From Geosiphon pyriformis uo1 (Eukaryota > Fungi > Glomeromycota), in assembly GCA_016748015.1 (NCBI GenBank), contig JAAOMT010000760.1, positions 1-64,000 of the forward strand: DNA of 64,000 nucleotides. The letters are read 5' to 3'. How positions within the stretch are numbered: the stretch's first letter is position 1; each line of letters begins with the position of its first letter. A model generated the notes under the pieces. That model saw only the letters and a list, made by a program, of their open reading frames with translations, was not told the origin of the DNA and did not search any database. Shown here one piece after another: positions 24,621 through 38,119 of the stretch. A program made the position numbers and the translations under genes.

Positions 24621-27600
24621 AAGCAAAATAGAAAAGTAATTCTTCAATTAACATGATAATATAAAATTATTTTAATAATATTAAAAACTTAGAATAAATA
24701 TCTTGAATATTTGCAAAAAGTTTTTGATTTTTTTCTAAATATAAAACTTTAAAACAATTCAATTAAATGTTAATAAATTATAATTTTTCTCAGATTAGCA
24801 TCTTATTACAAAAATGTTAAAATACAAATTTTTTGAAAATTTGAAGAAAAACTTTTATTTAAACTTATTTTAAAACAACTTAACTTGATAGATCTCTCAT
24901 TTTTTCATATTGACATATTACGTTTTGGATTAAGTGCTTTTTTATCTTAAAAAAATAGCAGTAGCAAAGAACATGTTATAACATGTGAGGGCAAAAAAAA
25001 TTCTAGTAAAAAAAACTACTTAATAGTTTGGTTAACAAATTACTAACATAAATATCTTTTAAGTGTTTGCTTTATTATAATAACTAATTACTAAATCTTA
25101 TTCTAATTACAAAACAAAAGTAAACTTGAACACTATTAAATAATCTACTAAATACTTTACTTAAAAAATATAATTATAAAAGAATGAGCCATCAAAATGC
25201 TAATATTTTTTTGGTTAACAATTCAGTAATAACACAGTCCTTACAAATTAAAAAATTAATTATACAGTCCTTACAATTGAAAAAATTAATTATTAGTAAA
25301 AACTCTTTTTGTGATAAATTTGAATAAGATTTTAAAAGCTGCAGCTTTCTCTTTGAAAAAACCAAATATCTCCTTAAAATTTCTAGTCATATGCTTTCTG
25401 GCCACTGAAGTGTCTTTCGACACCACCACTCAACTCAACTCAACGGATGTGTTCAGATGATCAATAACATGATGTTGATAGCTCGCAACACTTCTATTTG
25501 GAAGCTTCTCACCGTCTCATAAACGTAAAAGATGGAAATATGTGAATAAATTGTAAAAGTTGCGGGATACTGACATTGTTTCTCAACAATTTCTTCCGTT
25601 TTTCCCTGTATATGTGATACCTCTTAATCTTGAATGTTGTATACAACTGAGTTATTCTTTTTATCTCCGTAAACCGCCACAAACAAAATTTTTCCTTTTT
25701 AGATTAAAATTAAGAATCCAATTATTGCTTTGAATATTTAGTTTTATCTCTATTAATATAAAATGTTGCAGTCTACTAATCAAACAAGCCAGTGATAAAT
25801 GTATATCTAGCTGTTTGTTCATGAATTTCTTTTCTCTTTCTTAAGTATAACAATCAAGAAATTTTATTGCTGAGTTACTTTAAGAAACGAAAAGCATACA
25901 CACTGCTAATAGCCTTACTTTAAAATTGAGAAAGAAAAAGGAATTTTAAATGTTTAAAGCCTCAAAGTACCCATTTCCACTTTGGGCCAGCTAATGATCG
26001 ATTGAAGTTTTAGATTGATGTGAGAGGTTGTAATTATCCTGATCAGACCAAAGTTTAGGAACACTAAAAGAAAAATTCTAAGCTTTATACTTGTCCCGAT
26101 CTTGAAAAAATCTGATTTGAAGCATTATTTTAGTCAAGAAGGGCGAGATAAAACAGCGTAGAAGGTTCACAAAAGCCTTCAAAACGGATTTATATAATAC
26201 AGTTTTATTGATCAGAGGATTATTAACCTTATGAAACTTTTTGATTTCCAAAGCTATTTCTCAGCTAAACCATTGTTCATTTTTGAATTACTTACGAGGA
26301 CCAATTTTAAAGATCCAAGAAATTATAAACCATATTTCCAATGAGAAATTGTTTCAAAAACTCTACAACAATTATTCGTGCAAACTACGTAAATTACGAC
26401 ACGAAATCCCACATAAGTTTAGAAATTTAGGGAAGCTTTAGAGGTAAACGAAAAGTTTAAATGTTTTTTCACAAATATTACCTTTGAACAAAATATAATT
26501 AAAAATATTGAACTATTATGAAATTTACCTAAAATCTGACTGCATTTCAGGAGAGTATTAATATTTTTGAATGAGAATGTCTGATTAGATTCCAAATTAT
26601 TTTCAAGTATTTTGAGATTAATATATTTTCAAATTTTTCATGTATTTTCATTATTTATGATTTTATACCTATGCAAAAGATTTTCCCAATTAAAAAAATC
26701 TGTACTTTTCAACATATAAAAATTATTCCATTAAATATGATTGAGGGTGGGAGTGTTAGAAGGCCTTGATATTACATAACTAAAATGTTTTAGAAACTAA
26801 ATTGTTTTCATTATTTTATATTAAAACTTAATAATCAACTTCTCATGAAAACTTTTGGTTATAGAGAATCTTTAATGGCTTAATTCATCCTATTGTCAAT
26901 AGTATACAATATGCATTACAATATTATCTTTAGTTTTCACATAAACCTAACCAAAGCTTCAAAAACACTCGAACTAAAACTTAAAGTGTCAAATAATTAT
27001 TTGCTACATACAAAAATAGTAAAGCTCACATATATGCTGAGAGAATAGCTAAATTTTTTTGGAAATGATGATAGACCAAAGGCTAGAATAATTAGTTGAC
27101 TACCAATTAAAAACTTAATCCAAACAAAGTAAAGAAATATTTTAAATAATTACATACTCTTTGCAAGGATAATTCTGTGAAGAATTTTTAATTTAATCAC
27201 ATGCATTAGTTTTTCTTTCAATGGTTCATATAAATTTTTCCACAAGCTAAAAATTACAATCGAAACCCCTTTTATTTTTCTTGTAAACTTACTGCATTTC
27301 AAATTTATCTTACGCCATACATGCATATTATCAAGGCTATTATTCTCACTTCGAATTTTTAAATGAAAAGAATTCGCCATTATTCTTTTGCTCTAAATAA
27401 AAAAGCAATGAGTAAACAAACTCAGCCTTTAGCCAATTCCCTTAGCCCTTAAAAATGGGAACTCATAGTCAAAAAATTGATTGGGGTCAAGTTACCATAC
27501 TTTTAAGAAAAGCTTTAATTAATAACAACTCGGGAGACAATGTCTAAAATTATCTAATGCTTTTTTTTTGATTATCAACAATTTTTCTGGAACAAGCAAG

Positions 27601-29884
27601 GTCACACAGTTCCAAAACGGTATTTTTTGAAGGACGGTATGAATCGGTAGGTACTCCTATTGATAGATGATTATTGCCTTTCTATGCGCATAGGGATATT
27701 TGTCATATCGAGCTCAAATCGTTTTTTTTTAGATTGCTAAAAATTATAAAATTTTAATCCTAGCCAATTTGATTGATATATCCATGTACATGTATAGTAA
27801 ATTTTTGCTTTTGACTTTTGGAAAAAAGTTTTCCATTAAAATAATTAAAGCTTGAATAGATTCATAATAACGAGACTGAACCATTCTCAGGCTAAAAGAT
27901 TAATTGGACAACTGGCAAAATTTGATTCGTTTTTTTAAATCATAAATGAGCACCAGAATTTTAGGAACATTATTTTCTTTGTCGTATATCATTTTGATCT
28001 AGAATAATTATTTGGCTGTTGGTCTTTTACAATCGCAGATAGCAGATAATGCTCGATAAAATCTGATATGTCATTGTTTACCTGTAAATCATCAAAAGAA
28101 GTTTCAGGAAACATTTTATATTATTTACCTAATTAGCCTTCTCTCTGCACATTCATTATTGTTGGTAAAATATTGTAATATTCCCAACTTCTCATTTCTC
28201 AGAACCTTTGCTCTCAATTTTTTGAAAGTGCAACCTATTTCAAAAGTTCTCCATTTCTTTCGATTTAATAATGCACTCCTTGCAGTCATAAAGACCTTAT
28301 GATTTTTCCAATTCTAAACTGAGGAGTTTGGCTTTGGTTATTTGTTTAGAATCTGAAATAAGGAAATCGAGGAGCTAGCGCCACAAACATAGATTTTGAT
28401 CAGAAATTGTAACCTAGTGGCAAAATAAATTCAAAAAAATTGATTTTTTTCACAACAAACTAATTAACCCCCGTGTAAATATGATGTCTGCCTGTTATTC
28501 CGTTTTAGAAAGGGTGATCATTCCGATGAGGATATTATTCTGGTCCTCGAACTTGGGTATCGATGAACCTTTTAAAAAGGGTTAACAGATATAATTATTT
28601 CACATTATAAACAAATCAAAACTTGATTCCTATCTTTGAGAAGATCACATATTTGTAATGGTTACTTCCATAAATCTTTTAGCTCCGATTTCTCCTTGGT
28701 GCTCTTTAGATTGATCTTCATTTACTATGCACAAATTTAATTATCGACTTTTCCGATATCTTGTTTGGGGTTTGTATAGCTGTCACACGACAACCAAGCT
28801 GATTTCGGTGCGCCTTTAATATTTGTAAAACGTAAAGTTTCTAGAAAAGGAATCAAATTTGTATCATATAAATGAATATTACTTTTTGATCATGTTGATA
28901 ATGGGAAATGCTTAAAATATCTTCTCGCCATTCTTGGTTCCACACATTTTAATTCTATAGCGTTTGGACACGATGTGATAAAAATGGTAGCATTGATGAC
29001 TGATCCAAGTTAATAATGCAATAAAGATAAAATCCGGATGGTGTAAAGATATCTATTATTCAAGATGAAATATGCAAAAGCTTTCTATTAATGGGAAGAT
29101 AAGAGAAATTACCATTAAACTACATAACAAAATCATCATCATTTCAAATTATTTGTCATACTTGAAAATTCTTTAAAAAGTAAAAATACCCTTTGATATT
29201 TTAAATTTCCAAAAATTATGCTTTGTTACGCTACGGATAAAGGAACAACAAGCTGGACTATTCATAGAGAACCTGCATAAACATAAAGAAAAGATCGATA
29301 AACTTTGAAATTTTAATTATTAAAACTCGTTTTGGATAATAAAGATAGGGTGACACATTAATAATTACTTTACTTTTAAAATTATGTTCGTACCTAATAT
29401 TTCTTTCCTTTCAGAATTTAAATATTATAAAAGACCTCCTTGTTCATTTCTATCGTGATTTTCTTCCCCAGATATTTTCCCTGTTTTTGCTTAGTCTCTC
29501 CATCTTTATTTTGCTATTCGACAGATAAAGAAGTCTTTATAAACGCGTGAGAAAATTGCAAAAAATTAAGCAACCAAATTTTGAAATGATTTTGCATCTA
29601 ATTCGACCCTTATATTAATGATAAAAGTCGGAGAAACAATTAAAACCATTTTCAATCAAACTATATCTTTGCAATTACCTTTTCAATAAAAACAAGTGAT
29701 TTTACTTTCAAGAAAAAACTTCAACATTTAAAGAATATATTTTCTATTTTGGTTTTCAAAATCAACTTCAGAGCTCTCTTCGTCATTCAGAAAATTTGAC
29801 ATTTTATTATTGTCATCATTAGTTGGACTTTCCCAATTTTTCTTTTCCCTTAAACGTTATAAATTAGCTTCCCTTCTCATAATC

Positions 29885-31439
29885 ATGCCTTCGGCCGATT
29901 TTTTAAGTTTCATGTCACGAGATTTTACCAAGCTCTTGGAAAACAAAGATGAATGCAATGTAACAATTAAAGTTGGACTCAAAGCAAAGCCATACCGTGC
30001 TCACTCGGTTATTCTTCGTGCAAGATCACCCTATTTTCAGAAATTTCTTACAAGAAGAAACGCCGATGTAACGCTTAACAAATGGGTTGTCAAATTGCCA
30101 AATGTTTCTCCAATTGTGTTTGAACTCATATTAAGGTGAATAAATTGATAGTTGGTTGATTGGTTCGTTAAATTAATGGAACAATTTTAGCTAATCAAAA
30201 GTTTTTAATCTTCTCAGATATATTTATGGTGGTAATATTATTTTAGAACAAGTAGATACCGAAATTGTTTTAGCTTTTCTGGCTACGGCCGGTTTTTTTC
30301 ATCTTGAGGATTTATACGACCACTTGCAAGACTATCTGCTAGAAGGAAAAACTGATTGGCTAAGGGAACACATAATCGCCACGTGTCGTGTCGCTGGGCA
30401 AAATGTCGCACTCAAAAAACTTCGTCGTTTTTGCAAAAAAATCAAGGAACGTGAACCAGATCTGATTTTCAATTCCGTGGATTTCGCATCTTTCGAAGAG
30501 AAATCACTAGTTCGCCTTTTGCAACGTGACGATCTTGGCATGGAAGAAATCGATATTTGGGATCGTCTGATTAAATGGGGTACAGAGAATACCCCTCAAC
30601 AACCACGTGTACGTCGATCATCTGGTCCTAATTTCGAAGCAATGGAGAAAACTTTACACCGTTGCATTCCACACATTCGATTCTTTCACATATCTGCGGC
30701 GGATTTCCATATGAAAGTGCGTCCATGGAAAAATATTATGCCTCCAACATTGTATTCTGATTTGTTTCGTTTTCACGTGGATCCAAAATATAAACCGATA
30801 ACAAAGAGGTTAGAAGCGCGTCATGGTGCCATTGAATCAGAAATTATTAGTATGCGGCAAGCAGCCTTAATCTCAAGCTGGATAGATCGTAAAGATTGTG
30901 AGAGTGAAACTAGTTTTCGAACATACAAAGCTGCAGAAACACCATACGAATTTCAATTATTGTTACGTGGAAGTCAAGCAGGCTTTACTGCGAAAGCCTT
31001 CCATGAACATTGTGACAATAAAGGTCCAAATGTCGTACTAATGAAAGTCCAAAATTCGACAGAAATTATTGGTGCCTATAATCCACTTCATTGGGAATCA
31101 AACCTAATAGATTTAGCAACTACCGAAAGTTTCTTGTTTTCAATGCCTTCCAAGGCTGACGATAATCCGAACCATGCCGTGTTAAGTCGCGTCAAGTCAC
31201 CGAAACATGCAATTGTTTGTGCTCCCGATAACGGGCCCACCTTTGGTGCTCCATATGCAATTGCAATGCGTGACAATTTTGATGATCCGGAGAAAACTGG
31301 CTGTTGTGGTGGCACCTCTGCAAGTTATAACGTTTCTTTACGATCGCCTGAAGAACGATACTTTTGGGTTGAGGACTACGAAGTTTTCCAAATAACGAGA
31401 AGGCAAGAGTTTCATTCTTCGCCTTGTGTGGGCAAATGA
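29885..31439 (+). CDS. BTB/POZ-BACK-TLDc domain protein; 2 exons (29885-30135, 30218-31439)
   Basis: BTB: NVTIKVG..YRAHSVILRARSPYF..FELILR|YIYGG. BACK: LVRLLQRDDLGMEEIDIWDRLIKWG. TLDc: LLLRGSQAGFTAKAFHEHCDNKGP..IIGAYNPL..GPTFG..VEDYEVF. GT-AG intron 30136-30217 with GCTAAT branch site restores the frame. Confidence 0.93.
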
Positions 31440-32013
31440 CATATCTAAGATAGATATTTAATGTATATCGACCGAAATAGTATCAATGAATATTTTATTT
31501 GTATTATAATTTTTCCTTTTATTTATATATATACTTCTCCTTTTGCTCTTCGTTTTGTAAATTTTCTTTTGGGTAGCTTGTTAATATTTTTCAAAGATTC
31601 GGTGCAAATTTAGTTAATCTAGTTACTGTTTATTTGTTGGACAAGTAATTTTTTTCTGAAAATAATTAATAAAAATTTCATTCGACCTATCCTGTGTGAT
31701 TTTTTTTATTTTCGACTAATAATAAAATATTAAAATGTAACTGCTAATAATATTTGTGCATTTTGCATTAACAAACAAAAGAATTCTAAAAAAGATTTTT
31801 TCATTGAAAAAAATGCTTCATTAATGAACCTGTTATTGAAAAGCTGAAAAGTAATTTGCTAAATAATGTTTCATTTAATTTCAGTCAGATAATTGTGGTA
31901 TTTTATAGCATATAATGAGTCAAATTTATTTTGTTAAACAAGAAAATAATAAGTGTATATGAAAAGTTAGGTCTATTTTCTTAATAAGTTTAAGATAACA
32001 TTGATATTTTTTA

Positions 32014-32033
32014 NNNNNNNNNNNNNNNNNNNN
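32014..32033. other. Assembly gap (20 N)
   Basis: Run of N characters. Confidence 1.
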
Positions 32034-33680
32034 AACACATAATCGCCACGTGTCGTGTCGCTGGGCAAAATGTCGCACTCAAAAAACTTCGTCGTTTTTG
32101 CAAAAAAATCAAGGAACGTGAACCAGATCTGATTTTCAATTCCGTGGATTTCGCATCTTTCGAAGAGAAATCACTAGTTCGCCTTTTGCAACGTGACGAT
32201 CTTGGCATGGAAGAAATCGATATTTGGGATCGTCTGATTAAATGGGGTACAGAGAATACCCCTCAACAACCACGTGTACGTCGATCATCTGGTCCTAATT
32301 TCGAAGCAATGGAGAAAACTTTACACCGTTGCATTCCACACATTCGATTCTTTCACATATCTGCGGCGGATTTCCATATGAAAGTGCGTCCATGGAAAAA
32401 TATTATGCCTCCAACATTGTATTCTGATTTGTTTCGTTTTCACGTGGATCCAAAATATAAACCGATAACAAAGAGGTTAGAAGCGCGTCATGGTGCCATT
32501 GAATCAGAAATTATTAGTATGCGGCAAGCAGCCTTAATCTCAAGCTGGATAGATCGTAAAGATTGTGAGAGTGAAACTAGTTTTCGAACATACAAAGCTG
32601 CAGAAACACCATACGAATTTCAATTATTGTTACGTGGAAGTCAAGCAGGCTTTACTGCGAAAGCCTTCCATGAACATTGTGACAATAAAGGTCCAAATGT
32701 CGTACTAATGAAAGTCCAAAATTCGACAGAAATTATTGGTGCCTATAATCCACTTCATTGGGAATCAAACCTAATAGATTTAGCAACTACCGAAAGTTTC
32801 TTGTTTTCAATGCCTTCCAAGGCTGACGATAATCCGAACCATGCCGTGTTAAGTCGCGTCAAGTCACCGAAACATGCAATTGTTTGTGCTCCCGATAACG
32901 GGCCCACCTTTGGTGCTCCATATGCAATTGCAATGCGTGACAATTTTGATGATCCGGAGAAAACTGGCTGTTGTGGTGGCACCTCTGCAAGTTATAACGT
33001 TTCTTTACGATCGCCTGAAGAACGATACTTTTGGGTTGAGGACTACGAAGTTTTCCAAATAACGAGAAGGCAAGAGTTTCATTCTTCGCCTTGTGTGGGC
33101 AAATGACATATCTAAGATAGATATTTAATGTATATCGACCGAAATAGTATCAATGAATATTTTATTTGTATTATAATTTTTCCTTTTATTTATATATATA
33201 CTTCTCCTTTTGCTCTTCGTTTTGTAAATTTTCTTTTGGGTAGCTTGTTAATATTTTTCAAAGATTCGGTGCAAATTTAGTTAATCTAGTTACTGTTTAT
33301 TTGTTGGACAAGTAATTTTTTTCTGAAAATAATTAATAAAAATTTCATTCGACCTATCCTGTGTGATTTTTTTTATTTTCGACTAATAATAAAATATTAA
33401 AATGTAACTGCTAATAATATTTGTGCATTTTGCATTAACAAACAAAAGAATTCTAAAAAAGATTTTTTCATTGAAAAAAATGCTTCATTAATGAACCTGT
33501 TATTGAAAAGCTGAAAAGTAATTTGCTAAATAATGTTTCATTTAATTTCAGTCAGATAATTGTGGTATTTTATAGCATATAATGAGTCAAATTTATTTTG
33601 TTAAACAAGAAAATAATAAGTGTATATGAAAAGTTAGGTCTATTTTCTTAATAAGTTTAAGATAACATTGATATTTTTTA
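32034..33680 (+). repeat. Exact direct duplicate of 30367-32013 (1647 bp) including the 3' part of the BTB-TLDc gene; probable contig-overlap artefact
   Basis: Constant offset of 1667 bp, identical ORF translations and no differences seen. The first copy ends and the second begins exactly at the N gap. Confidence 0.9.
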
Positions 33681-33731
33681 TTTTGGTTTAAATCAAAATT
33701 ATTTTAATCAATTTATTATTTGAAAATACAA

Positions 33732-33732
<1 letters not shown>

Positions 33733-33770
<38 letters not shown>
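33733..33770. repeat. (AAT)n microsatellite
   Basis: Direct reading. Similar tracts at ~5656-5677 and ~34513-34544. Confidence 0.95.
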
Positions 33771-33771
<1 letters not shown>

Positions 33772-34509
33772 TATTACATTGTCAAACATTAAAAACATTG
33801 AATTAGCAAAAATTGGTAATTTTTATTATTGATTAACACATTTTATTTTCTATCAAGAATGCTACCTATATTTAAAGAAAACCAATTATATCTATAAATA
33901 GTTTTATTGATAAGAGTATTAAAAAACTTTAACAAAGAAGAATGGTAAGTTATAAATCAGTGGTTTTCAATGAATTTTGCATAAAATAGCAATAATTTTG
34001 ATAGAATTGTGCTATGAAAATGTAAATTATCTACATTTTTGGATGAAATTCAGGATTGTAACTTGTAATTCCTGAAATCCCTTAAAATTGATTCACATAA
34101 AAAGTGAAAATGACCATATGTACAATTCAGAAACCTGAATGAAACAATTGATAAGGTCATTCGCATATTTCGGGGATATTTTCTGCTGATCAAATTACCT
34201 CAACTAAAGGAGTTATTTGAAAAATCAGGGGTAAATCATACATTTAATGAATCAGTATATAGAGCTTTAAATTAAATTTTAATTCATCTATGAATCTAAT
34301 TTTGGAACTACCTTTTTTAAATCATGATATCATCAAACAAACATCATGATCTTTTCAGTGCTATGATCATAGGGAGATCTCTTTAACGAGTTTCTTGTAG
34401 AGCTTATTTTTTGACATGAAAGATTTTTGTTTCAATAAAACCTTTAGAAATAAAATTCACATAAATCAATTTATTTTCCTGATTGACAATTTATCATTAG
34501 CAGCAGATA

Positions 34510-34546
<37 letters not shown>

Positions 34547-36275
34547 ATAATAACAAAGATTTTCAAGTTTTTAATGTTCTCAAAAGATGGCCTTGAATTT
34601 TTATGATTAAAAATTTTTATAATAATAGCAAACGTGTAACTCTTTGATTGGAAAATTCCACCATTAATCTACCTATTTTACACTCCTTTTTAATCCCTGA
34701 ATTATTGCATCAAATATTCACTAAAAGGGATTACATTCAGTTCTTTTCCGAAATATCATGACTAGACCTAGACTTTATGCTTAAACGCCAAGATTTGCCA
34801 AATAAATATTGAGTTGAGTCAATGAACTTTATCTAAAATATAGTCAACGCAAGTACGGAAAAATCAGAGTTTGATTGTCAGAACTTCAAATGCATGATAA
34901 TCTTGATCGTTTTTAACAAAATTTTTGAGTTTATGATAATCTAGAATTTTGGTTTAAATGTTTGAATGATGAAAAATGGTTAATGAAAGGATAGGAACCC
35001 AAAAGCATTATTGATATCCTTTAGTTATAACTCGAATTTTTTATGATTTACTTTAGAATAAAAACATTATAAACGCTTAGGGTTCATAAAATGTCGCTTG
35101 CCCTTCCTTTTTAGTCTCTATCTTCGATGATAGATAATAATAATAAACGTTCAGGCTATTGATCTTTTGGTCATTATTAAGAACAAAATTATTTGAAAAG
35201 ATGGAGAGTTGAAATCAAGTTTAAAATCTTTAGCAATTGATTTCTCTCCAATCATTTATCTGCAAGCAGCAGGTATTTAATGAAAACAAAAATAGTTTAT
35301 AAATAACAAAAGTGACTTATCAAGTATTATTTCAGATATTATGTGTAATTATCTCCATCTAGACATTGCCTTTTTTATCCGAGTCATTCATCGATGTCAA
35401 AATTTTTACCCACGAAAGAGATTGGATTTAAGCTTGATTAAATTATTCCTGAAAAGGACTTGAATGTAAATAATCCCGTATTTATCAATAAAAACAAAAG
35501 TTCCCAACTAAATAGGCTTTAAAAGAGATATGCAAGTTTCAATCAATTAAAAATAACAATGAATGATAATGGCTTAAGCTTTGATTAAAGGTTCACATCT
35601 GCAGAACTATCATCTATATATTTTTAGGGTGTCAAGTCCTATTTAAGACCCTTTTTTCAAAATTGTTTTGAGTAAACAAAAACAAAAAAAGCAAAAATCT
35701 TGAAATTTTCTTCACTAAATATCATGTGACCAAAGATGGTAAGACTAGAAACCATCTTTCTGGATGAGTATATTACAGATATGTTATCTTTGACAGCTGT
35801 GAAGAATGATTTTTCGATCTAGATAAATTTAAAGATTATTGTGGTACCTTTAATAAACTTTTCATCAAACAAATAAGAAACTTAGTTGCTAGTTTGTTTT
35901 TGTGTCAAAAAAAAATTGTAATTTCAAAACAATAGATTGTCTTGACCATGGCTTTTCCAGTCTTTCAATTAAAATATTTGACCAAAAAATTTTAAAAAAA
36001 TGATTTTAAATATAAAGTCAATTTTTGTGTTTTTTCGTTCATATTGTAGCAAATATTTCTAATGTGTTATACTAAATTTTTAATTTAGAGAGATATTATC
36101 AACTGAAAGGTTATCAAATTTTAAACGGCAAAAACCCCATTTTTCTTTAATAGGAAATTTTGGATAGACGGTATCTAACATAAAATCGGTATACCTTGAC
36201 GGTATCTAATATCGATTTAGATCCCGCGGAATATCTGGTAAGAATATTATTGTTTAACGCCATTATGTCAGCGAG

Positions 36276-36795
36276 CTATCCATCCAACTTATTTCTGTTG
36301 AGGTTAATTGATTTGTTTTTTCTATCCTATCCACCTAACTTATTTCTGTTGAGGTTAATTGATTTGTTTTTTCTATCCTATCCACCTAACTTATTTCTGT
36401 TGAGGTTAATTGATTTGTTTTTTCTATCCTATCCACCTAACTTATTTCTGTTGAGGTTAATTGATTTGTTTTTTCTATCCTATCCACCTAACTTATTTCT
36501 GTTGAGGTTAATTGATTTGTTTTTTCTATCCTATCCACCTAACTTATTTCTGTTGAGGTTAATTGATTTGTTTTTTCTATCCTATCCACCTAACTTATTT
36601 CTGTTGAGGTTAATTGATTTGTTTTTTCTATCCTATCCACCTAACTTATTTCTGTTGAGGTTAATTGATTTGTTTTTTCTATCCTATCCACCTAACTTAT
36701 TTCTGTTGAGGTTAATTGATTTGTTTTTTCTATCCTATCCACCTAACTTATTTCTGTTGAGGTTAATTGATTTGTTTTTTCTATCCTATCCACCT
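36276..36795 (+). repeat. 51-bp tandem minisatellite, 10 full units plus 10 bp
   Basis: Unit CTATCCACCTAACTTATTTCTGTTGAGGTTAATTGATTTGTTTTTTCTATC. Only the first unit differs (2 substitutions). No spacers. Confidence 0.97.
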
Positions 36796-37433
36796 CGAAG
36801 AGCAGCCTTTATTTTCAATATGATAAACAATTAATTGCATGAAAACTCTTCTAGAAAGCTGCTCACGTGATTTATAACAGGGCCTTCTATCAAAACAGTC
36901 CTTGGATTCCCTTTATCAATCTTCTTTCAAAAAAGATTATAGAGATCGCTGAATGAAAATAAAATTTACCTACTCAAAATAATTTATATGGATGAAACAT
37001 AAATTTTCTGTGCATAAATTATTTTGTTGTGAATAATATTATATAATGTATTTACTAATAAACTTCGCTATGTAAAATGTTATAAAAAATTGATTATTTA
37101 GCAAAATAAAACTAGCAATATGATAAAATTCTTGAAATAATTTGCCCTTGAATGTTTAAATTTATTTATTTTCATGATGAATTTTATGAAAATATAAAAT
37201 ATTAAGAATTGAAACTTTTTTATTTTTCTTATTTTTATGACTATAATCAAAGCAAAAAGAAACAGCTCCTAGTTTTTATATAATAACTAAAAAACAACTA
37301 TTCAAAAAGTTTTTTTAGTACTAAAAACAGCTAGACAAAATTTTGTAAAAACGGTTTTTTTTAAACAAAAGTCTTTTTTAGTTAAAATTTCATTTAAGTA
37401 ACATATTAGAAACAGTTTTAGTATTATTACTAC

Positions 37434-38119
37434 TGTTATAGTTCAATATTTTAATTTTTAATTTTATTAATCATTCAATTATACTTAATTAAATTTATTA
37501 GTCACTAATATTATACATATTAGCCACCTTATTTTTAAAATTAATTATTGATATGATTATTAACTTTATTAATAGCTTGATTATTAGCTTGTTAACTTGA
37601 TCATTAATCTAAATTATTAATTTAATTATGTACTTAATCAATTTTTAAAACATATATAAACAAAATTCTTTGTAACTGTAAGAAAATATTAATTTTACAT
37701 TAGTAAATTATAAAAATAACTTAGTTTTTTATATCTTGTTTCTCTTTAATTTAAATATTTAAAAATAAGAGATTACAAATCTTTTTTTGATTTGAAAATT
37801 TTTAATTTAGTTAATAAATAATTACTAAAAAGTAAAAAAATATTTGGTATTAAATAAAATTATACTAATGGTATTATTTTTGTTAAAAGTACAGATTATT
37901 TTTTTATTTTAAATTTTTAAAAAATAATAATAATAATTAAGATATTTATAAAACTAATTTTTTATTTTAAATTCTACAAATTCAATTTATTTTTTTGATT
38001 ATTTTTTATCACACAATATTATTATTTATTTTAAATTGTATATTACTATTAAAATTTTTAATATTAAATTAATAGTTAACTTATTGTTTTTATTATTACT
38101 TTTAATATTAACCATAATA
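37434..38119 (+). mobile_element. LTR, family B, strongly AT-decayed
   Basis: Starts TGTTATAG and ends CCATAATA (decayed CCATAACA). Collinear similarity to 15890-16581. Confidence 0.7.

Noticed and set aside
25234-25293. 30-bp tandem duplication (ACAGTCCTTACAA..AAAAAATTAATTAT x2)
   Set aside because: Real but most simply a local slippage or repair duplication; no partner site supports a TSD or regulatory role.
30332-31395. Short antisense or alternate-frame ORFs over the BTB-TLDc gene (and ORF 18050-18388 over the lipase-like gene)
   Set aside because: Shadow ORFs of real coding sequence with no independent motifs.
32144-33106. Second independent TLDc gene
   Set aside because: Identical to 30477-31439, begins just after an assembly gap and lacks the BTB exon; probably an artefact.
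36276-36795. CRISPR-like array
   Set aside because: Units are contiguous and identical with no unique spacers, there are no cas genes, and the context is eukaryotic.
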